A stretch of 32,000 nucleotides of DNA. Origin: an uncultured Methanosarcinales archaeon. GTDB taxonomy: Archaea > Nanobdellota > Nanobdellia > Woesearchaeales > CAYSVS01. Of this stretch, positions 27,074 through 32,000 are shown piece after piece. Positions within the stretch are counted from its first letter, which is position 1. Every line of letters begins with the position of its first letter. Below the pieces are notes generated by a model. The model was not told the origin of the DNA. It worked only from the letters and a program-made list of their open reading frames with translations, and ran no database searches. The DNA lies in the NCBI GenBank assembly GCA_964589485.1, contig CAZPRK010000002.1:453-32452 (forward strand), read 5' to 3'. Both the position numbers and the translations under genes were made by a program.

Positions 27074-27149
27074 TCCGTATAAGTATACAGGTCCAAGCGG
27101 ACATATAATTCCAGTACTAGCTCATCGAATTGAGTTTAGAAATGTTTAA
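27072..27149 (+). pseudogene. Remnant of an RHS core/toxin junction (NPYKYTGPSGH plus 14 codons)
   Basis: AATCCGTATAAGTATACAGGTCCAAGCGGACAT is near-identical to AACCCGTATAAGTATACTGATCCAAGCGGACAT at 25906-25938. It translates to NPYKYTGPSGHIIPVLAHRIEFRNV*. It has no start codon and begins at the immunity gene's stop codon. Confidence 0.8.
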
Positions 27150-27157
27150 ATAATACA

Positions 27158-27203
27158 TTTACGGTACGTAAAGTATAAAACTCAATTTTCCTTTTTTCTC
27201 GTC
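27158..27203 (+). repeat. Copy 1 of a 47-bp direct repeat containing TTTACG-GTA-CGTAAA
   Basis: TTTACGGTACGTAAA at 27158-27172 is identical to 29108-29122. A shared TTTTCTCGTC lies 36-37 nt downstream (27194-27203 and 29145-29154). The intervening sequence is about two-thirds similar and includes a TATA-like GTATAAAA. Confidence 0.8.
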
Positions 27204-27283
27204 ATAAATGGCTTTTTTAATTTCTAAAAAAACATGTTTTTTTCTATGGAATACTTTATATATTTTGAAGAAATTAGTTACTT

Positions 27284-28471
27284 ATGGAAGCTTTATATCC
27301 CGAATCAGTAAGACTTATCTCTAGTGATTTTTTTGGATTAAAGGAACTTAAAGGTATTAATGACGCAAATGGTAATTTATTACGAGATGGATCAGGCTTT
27401 CAAAGAGAGTACAATGGTTTAAATCAGTTGGTTAGAGTGCGTAATATTTCATCTAATATTGTTATACAAGAATATGTGCATGATCCATTTGAAGAAAGGA
27501 CTGTGATTAAGAAAATATATTTTAACAATGGAAGTCTGAAAGAGACTCACTTCTACTTTGATCGTGAATATGTAAGAATAACTAACAACACCGGAACATA
27601 CGATACAGAGTACGTCTTCATAGACAGTCAGCAAGTAGCAGAAGTTAAACATGATGGAGCTAAACAATATATACACACAGATCATTTAGGAAGTAGTAGT
27701 GTTGTTACTGATTCTAATGGAATAGTAATAGAGAATACTACTTATTCACCTCATGGAGAAGTATTAACAGGTGGAGAAGCAACTAGATTCGGATATGAAG
27801 GAAAAGAACATGATAGTGTAGTTGGAGATACTGATTTTCATTTCAGGAAGTACTGTTCAAGATTTGGTATATTCTGCCAACCAGATACAATAATACAAAA
27901 TGTATATGACCCACAATCTCTAAACAGATACATGTTTGAAAGAGGGAACCCGTACAATCAGATTGATCCTGATGGTCATTTACTGCCTTTATTATTCTGG
28001 GGTACATTTCTTATTGCTGCAGCGGTGGCAACAACAATTATTGCCATAGATAAATATCAAAAAGAGGACAATTCTGGTTTAGCAGAAACAGGTGTAACCC
28101 AAGCTGCTACAATAGTTTTTGAAAGTGTAGCACCTAAAGCAGCTGGCCCTGTTGGTGTAATATTAGGGAGTGCTTCAATAGCTGAGGGATTAGTTATTAC
28201 TTATGAAGATTTTACAAAAGATAAAGAAGGTGAAGAAAATACAGCTTCGCTTAAGATGAAAAAAATTACGTATATCGATGAAAATGGAAATCAAATACTT
28301 TTAACTGTGCCTGAAGAAACCAACAGATTATCAATCTCAACTGAGGGAGGTGGTATGACGAGGGCAGTTCCAGTTTATACAAGAAAAGATGGAAATGTTG
28401 TATGGGGTGACTCAAACAATGTTAATATTCCTGATGATGCTACTTCTATCGTAGATGATTTAGATAATTAA
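27284..28471 (+). CDS. Orphan RHS core protein with a second, different C-terminal toxin region (no signal peptide, no shell)
   Basis: It is homologous to 25237-26520 across the YD repeat and core (NDANGNLLRDG, HTDHLGSSSVVTDSNG..YSPHGE..FGYEGKEHDSVVGDTDFHFRKY..NRYMFERGNPYNQIDPDGH). The sequence after DPDGH (nt 27980 onward) is unrelated to tip 1 and begins with a TM helix (LLPLLFWGTFLIAAAVATTIIAI). Confidence 0.88.
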   Translation: MEALYPESVRLISSDFFGLKELKGINDANGNLLRDGSGFQREYNGLNQLVRVRNISSNIVIQEYVHDPFEERTVIKKIYFNNGSLKETHFYFDREYVRITNNTGTYDTEYVFIDSQQVAEVKHDGAKQYIHTDHLGSSSVVTDSNGIVIENTTYSPHGEVLTGGEATRFGYEGKEHDSVVGDTDFHFRKYCSRFGIFCQPDTIIQNVYDPQSLNRYMFERGNPYNQIDPDGHLLPLLFWGTFLIAAAVATTIIAIDKYQKEDNSGLAETGVTQAATIVFESVAPKAAGPVGVILGSASIAEGLVITYEDFTKDKEGEENTASLKMKKITYIDENGNQILLTVPEETNRLSISTEGGGMTRAVPVYTRKDGNVVWGDSNNVNIPDDATSIVDDLDN

Positions 28472-28512
28472 AATAGGTAAATTTATTAAATCTTGAAATA
28501 ATAAGGATAAAT

Positions 28513-28761
28513 ATGACACTAAATAAAAATGTTCAATGGTTAATTATTGCATTTGCACCGATATCTATTATATTTGCAGTTATTTTTAGTTATCCAATTA
28601 TTCTTACGCTATATTCTATTCTTATTTTATATTTGATAGGTAAATATGAGAATGAGTTTGTGCTTTGCCCAAAAAAATCAAAAGAGAAGTTTATATCAAA
28701 AGTATTTCTATATATTATAATTATATTCACAATTGCTATTCAAATATATATGTTGAGCTAA
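28513..28761 (+). CDS. Small two-TM protein, candidate immunity protein for toxin tip 2
   Basis: It is 82 aa with two hydrophobic helices separated by KYENEFVLCPKKSKEK. It starts 41 nt downstream of the orphan toxin gene. Confidence 0.5.
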   Translation: MTLNKNVQWLIIAFAPISIIFAVIFSYPIILTLYSILILYLIGKYENEFVLCPKKSKEKFISKVFLYIIIIFTIAIQIYMLS

Positions 28762-28787
28762 TTAACATGGCATTTATTAATAAATGT

Positions 28788-28801
28788 ATTTTACGTAAAA
28801 T
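28788..28801. repeat. Perfect 14-bp palindrome ATTTTACGTAAAAT
   Basis: It is self-complementary and shares the TTTACG/CGTAAA half-sites with the 47-bp repeats at 27158 and 29108. Confidence 0.7.
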
Positions 28802-28885
28802 ATATTGTATTATTTTATACGGTGACCAAATATAGTGAAACTTACTGTACTAACTTCGTCTATAAAATGCTTTTTACACCCACTT

Positions 28886-29092
28886 TTACTGGGTATTGAT
28901 TTTTAGCATTTTTTCAAGGTTTTTTTTCACTCCTTTTCTATGAGTGGCAAGTCCTAATTTCTTATACTTAGTTACTAAATTCTTATTTGAAACGATAAAC
29001 ATCCACCTATCTTTGTATTTTTTATTTAATGCTTTAACTTTATCACTACATTGTTTCCTCTTTTGCAATAAATTACCAGTTTCAATTTCCAA
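28886..29092 (-). CDS. Lys-rich small hypothetical protein (possible gene fragment)
   Basis: This 68-aa ORF starts at TTG, with the first ATG only at codon 31. Its composition is more protein-like than the overlapping plus-strand ORF. I recognise no motif. Confidence 0.3.
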   Translation of the reverse strand: MEIETGNLLQKRKQCSDKVKALNKKYKDRWMFIVSNKNLVTKYKKLGLATHRKGVKKNLEKMLKINTQ

Positions 29093-29107
29093 AGCATATA
29101 TTTTACT

Positions 29108-29154
29108 TTTACGGTACGTAAATTATACTCAGTGATAATTCTTATTTTCTCGTC
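29108..29154 (+). repeat. Copy 2 of the 47-bp direct repeat containing TTTACG-GTA-CGTAAA
   Basis: See copy 1. It lies in the gap between the small minus-strand ORF and the IS91-like gene. Confidence 0.8.
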
Positions 29155-29193
29155 TAAAGACAAATTTTTGAATTTTAAAAATGAGGTGATTTT

Positions 29194-29945
29194 ATGTTCT
29201 CTGTAAGGCAGATATTAAAGGACAACTGGGATAGGTATGTCCAAAGACACAATCCTAACAAATATCAGCGCCAAGTAGTGCGAGCTATGTTAAAATGTTC
29301 TAAATCAAGCTGCAACTCTAGGTTGTGCTCTTCTTGTGGAAAAAGATTCACCGATAGTTGGGCGAATTGGATTAAGGACTACTTATATGACATTAACCAT
29401 TTTCATGTACTTCTTACTATTCCAGCAATTTTAAGACCTAAGTTAAGAAAATGGAAAAATCTTAAAATCCTCATGGATTCGTCACGGGATTTTTTAGATC
29501 AATTTCTAGTGATAACTTTGGAATTATAGTAGTACTTCACACTTTTGGAAAAGACTTAAAGTTTAATCCACATCTTCATATTATATCAACAACCAGACTA
29601 AATGAAAGATTTAGCAGGATATGGAGAAAAATTGTTTTAGAAAACCTCCAAGCACCATCAAACAAATATTACTATGGATATTTTGTCTGGTCTGACAAAA
29701 GAAAATTAAATATCAGAAAGATATCTAAATATCTTGCTAGATATATAAGGCATCCTGTCATGGCTGATAAGAGAATTATTTTTTATAGGGGTGAAACCAT
29801 TCAATTCAAAGCAGGTCAGAATATTAAGAAAATGAAAACTGATGATTTCATAACAAGCTTAATTCAACATGTGCCGCCTAAACATTTTAGGCTGATAAGA
29901 CACTATGGAAGGTATAGAAGAAATTTTACGGATTACAATCCGTGA
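29194..29945 (+). pseudogene. IS91-family (Y2 HUH rolling-circle) transposase, frameshifted and shortened
   Basis: It has a zinc-binding N-domain (CSKSSCNSRLCSSCGKRFTDSW...HFHVLLTIP). After a stop at 29527-29529 the family motifs continue in another frame from about 29505 (GIIVVLHTFGKDLKFNPHLHIIST, YLARYIRHPVMADKRI, PPKHFRLIRHYGRY). The total of about 250 aa is shorter than I expect for an intact IS91-family transposase. Confidence 0.75.
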
Positions 29946-30095
29946 AGCTGCAGATTATGTTTCAAAAAACACCTCATCAAAATTTACGGATTATGTTCCG
30001 CAAATCATAAATAAATGTAAATAGTTGATGATGAACATCAAACACCCATTAATATTTACTAAACATTTATAAATTCTTGATGTAATTATATATTA

Positions 30096-30425
30096 ATGGA
30101 TTATGTTCAATATGTTAAGAACAAATTAAAAATTTACAAAAAAGATGATATAAAAATTACAGCTCATGCTTTGATAAGGTTAGCACAAAGACAAATAGAT
30201 AAAAAAGAGATAATTCAGAATTTAATCAATCCAACACGTTTAGATTATGCGATAAAAGAAGAAGCAAATGTTCCAAGTGAAGAAAAATTCGATTGCTATT
30301 TCGGATATAGCAAAACACAATGTCATAGATATGTGATAATATTAAAAGAAAATGTAGTAGTGGTTACAGTTGTTAAACTTAATAGAAGGTGGCAAAAAAT
30401 TGCAGAAAAAAAGCTTAAGAGGTAA
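30096..30425 (+). CDS. DUF4258-family protein (predicted toxin-like small nuclease fold)
   Basis: It has the motif pattern ITAHALIRLAQRQIDKKEIIQNLINP...RYVIILKENVVVVTVVKL, typical of DUF4258. A TATA-like TTTATAAATT lies about 25 nt upstream. Confidence 0.65.
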   Translation: MDYVQYVKNKLKIYKKDDIKITAHALIRLAQRQIDKKEIIQNLINPTRLDYAIKEEANVPSEEKFDCYFGYSKTQCHRYVIILKENVVVVTVVKLNRRWQKIAEKKLKR

Positions 30426-30431
30426 GTAAAA

Positions 30432-30791
30432 ATGTGGAAAAAATTCAAATTTGATTATGATTTAGAAAATGATGATTTATTTTTATATGATAAAAAATCA
30501 AAATCTAAAGGAAGTATTGAAATAGATGACATTGTTATAGATTTTGATACAAATATGGCTGTTTCTGCAATTGAATTGATGAATGCTTCAAAATTTTTTA
30601 AAGATTTAAGTTTTGAAGGTTTAAATATAGATAAAGAAGTACTTAACAAAATTCAAGAATGTAAAGTTGAAATAATTCCCAAAAGCAATTTTTTTGTAAT
30701 TAAACTATTATTATTGCTGGAATCTAAACAAGAAATAAGAACACCAATTATTATTCCTACTGTGAGTGAACCAAGTCCTGCTGTTGTTTAA
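30432..30791 (+). CDS. DUF2283-family protein (partner of DUF4258)
   Basis: It has YDLENDDLFLYDKK...IVIDFDTNMAVSAIELMNASK, the DUF2283 signature pattern (YD.E.D.L.I...iDld..G.ivGIEil.AS). It starts 6 nt after the upstream gene. Confidence 0.65.
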   Translation: MWKKFKFDYDLENDDLFLYDKKSKSKGSIEIDDIVIDFDTNMAVSAIELMNASKFFKDLSFEGLNIDKEVLNKIQECKVEIIPKSNFFVIKLLLLLESKQEIRTPIIIPTVSEPSPAVV

Positions 30792-30793
30792 CG

Positions 30794-30928
30794 ATGCTTG
30801 CAATCTACCCACAATCAGTAAGTATATTTGGATTAAACAACATCCATACAGATCATTTAGGAAGTAGTACTGTTGTTACTGATTCTAATGAAAATGTAAT
30901 TAATAACACAATCTATACACCTAATTGA
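30794..30928 (+). pseudogene. Collapsed third orphan RHS cassette (leader joined directly to a core fragment)
   Basis: It translates to MLAILPQSVSIFGLNNIHTDHLGSSTVVTDSNENVINNTIYTPN*. The first 16 aa parallel MEALYPESVRLISSDFFGLKEL of the 27284 gene. Nt 30849-30883 match 27678-27712 with one mismatch. Confidence 0.8.
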
Positions 30929-30986
30929 GATGCTGTTAGTTCATCATCCATAAATATTTATATACTATCACAAATTTCTTTACCAA

Positions 30987-31523
30987 ATGATTGATTCAAG
31001 AAGTATAATTTTACAATATATAAAAGGTAAAGATGTTTTAGATATTGGAAGTTGCGGTAATCAAGGAAGTAATAATAAATTACCAACTCAATATGAAATG
31101 ATTAAACAAAACGCAAATTCTGTTCAAGGAGTTGACCTTGAAAGTAATATGCCGGAAATAATTAAAGGAAATGCAGAAACAATTAACTTGGACAAACAAT
31201 TTGATGTAATAACTGCAGGGGATGTTATTGAGCATTTGCATAATGTTGGTTTGTTTTTAGATAACATGAATAAACATTTAAAACAAGATGGAATTTTAAT
31301 TCTAGTTACGCCTAATGTTAAATCAATAGGTTATTTGCCATTTAGAGGAAATTTATTTCATACTTGTTGGTATTGTGAACATACTTTGAAATATATAGTA
31401 GAAAAGCATAACTTTAAGGTAGAAAAAGTTTACAAAGGATTAAGAAAAAGAAAATCCCCATTAAATGATTTTTTAAGAAATATATTTGCAAATAATTTAA
31501 TTTTTGTTTGTAGAAAAAATTAA
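30987..31523 (+). CDS. Class I SAM-dependent methyltransferase
   Basis: It has motif I (VLDIGSCGNQG), a DVITAGDVIEHL motif and GILILVTPN. Confidence 0.75.
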   Translation: MIDSRSIILQYIKGKDVLDIGSCGNQGSNNKLPTQYEMIKQNANSVQGVDLESNMPEIIKGNAETINLDKQFDVITAGDVIEHLHNVGLFLDNMNKHLKQDGILILVTPNVKSIGYLPFRGNLFHTCWYCEHTLKYIVEKHNFKVEKVYKGLRKRKSPLNDFLRNIFANNLIFVCRKN

Positions 31524-32000
31524 TATCCAAAATCTTTATGTAAATTTAAATCAATTCTTTCGTTAATATAATTTACATCTTCTTTTGATAAATAATCTGT
31601 ATATCCGCCAGCTTTTCCTTTTCTTACTTTATATGATTCTTTATCTTTTGGATTTTTAGCTCTTAACCTGTTATCATGGAATAAATCTAATTCTTCAATT
31701 TTTCTCATATTTTCTATTGTTCCAAATTTAACAGCTTCATTTACTATTGCAGGGCTTACATTAAGTTTTAAAAATAAAGATATTTTTTTAAGTTCTTTAT
31801 TACAATTTTTTTTCATATCTTCATATCTTATTAGAAGAAAAGTATTTGGCTTTGAAACCATTTCTTTATGCCACATGTTCATGTATCTTATGATTTTTTT
31901 CAAAGTATATTTTTCTCTAATAAAAGAACTTATATCTCCTTTGTATAAATGATGCCTTTTAGTTAATTCGAAAAATAATGAAACAACAACATCTCTTGGG
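31520..32000 (-). CDS. Sulfotransferase-family protein, N-terminus beyond the window edge
   Basis: The minus-strand frame stays open upstream of the ORF-track TTG at 31903 all the way to nt 32000 (..PRDVVVSLFFELTKRHHLYKGDISSFIREKYTLKKIIRYMNMWH..LLIRYEDMKKN..). This matches the sulfotransferase pattern RdP.DvvvS.y and YEdl. Confidence 0.7.
   Translation of the reverse strand, partial: PRDVVVSLFFELTKRHHLYKGDISSFIREKYTLKKIIRYMNMWHKEMVSKPNTFLLIRYEDMKKNCNKELKKISLFLKLNVSPAIVNEAVKFGTIENMRKIEELDLFHDNRLRAKNPKDKESYKVRKGKAGGYTDYLSKEDVNYINERIDLNLHKDFGY

Noticed and set aside
27449-27685. 78-aa minus-strand ORF inside the orphan RHS gene
   Set aside because: It is antisense to a CDS with strong homology to the 25237 gene.
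28944-29135. 63-aa plus-strand ORF overlapping the small minus-strand ORF
   Set aside because: It has the Phe/Leu-rich composition typical of antisense frames. The minus-strand reading is somewhat more protein-like, though also weak.
30455-30649. 64-aa minus-strand ORF inside the DUF2283 gene
   Set aside because: It is antisense to a CDS carrying a recognisable family signature.
1-32000. CRISPR arrays, tRNA genes, prophage or integrase signatures
   Set aside because: I saw no regularly spaced direct repeats, no cloverleaf-compatible GC islands other than the 5S gene and the 2.4-2.5 kb island, and no capsid, terminase or integrase-like ORFs.

Overview
This is a strongly AT-rich window that looks archaeal. 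The evidence is a Rad51-type RadA with an N-terminal HhH domain, a Fap7/AK6 kinase, an NFACT-N protein, TATA-box promoters about 25 nt upstream of starts, and a stand-alone 5S rRNA. A small-genome, DPANN-like lineage is my inference only.

The left two thirds (1-17.6 kb) are mostly ordinary. They hold a frameshifted IS5-family element, a secreted sequon-rich protein and a GC-rich structured intergenic island. Then come YdjM-like and YdeI-like genes, a PC4-like small gene coupled to radA, an ABC transporter pair and Fap7. After those are a truncated NFACT protein, an NSUN methyltransferase, a tightly overlapped bacterial-type pabB-pabA-pabC-folP-folBK folate operon, a PagL-like lipid A deacylase homologue, the 5S rRNA, ugd and a sugar nucleotidyltransferase.

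The right third (17.6-31 kb) is the accessory region and the main find: a Tc-toxin/RHS-type polymorphic toxin locus. A translationally coupled operon encodes five products:
- a Cys-rich secreted protein;
- a LamG-like secreted protein;
- a 1777-aa TcB/TcC-like shell (SpvB N-terminus, six FG-GAP/VCBS repeats, YD repeats) that ends in PKD/Ig-like modules rather than an RHS core;
- a separate signal-peptide-bearing gene carrying the RHS core, an unrecognisable toxin tip and a poly-Ser tail ending in WWCFWC;
- a multi-TM immunity candidate.

Downstream lie a core-junction remnant, a complete orphan core-toxin/immunity cassette bracketed by 47-bp direct repeats, and a degraded IS91-like rolling-circle transposase. 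These are followed by a DUF4258/DUF2283 pair and a third, collapsed orphan cassette. A methyltransferase and a partial sulfotransferase close the window.

No CRISPR array or tRNA was found. All family calls come from motif recognition by eye; no database search was run.
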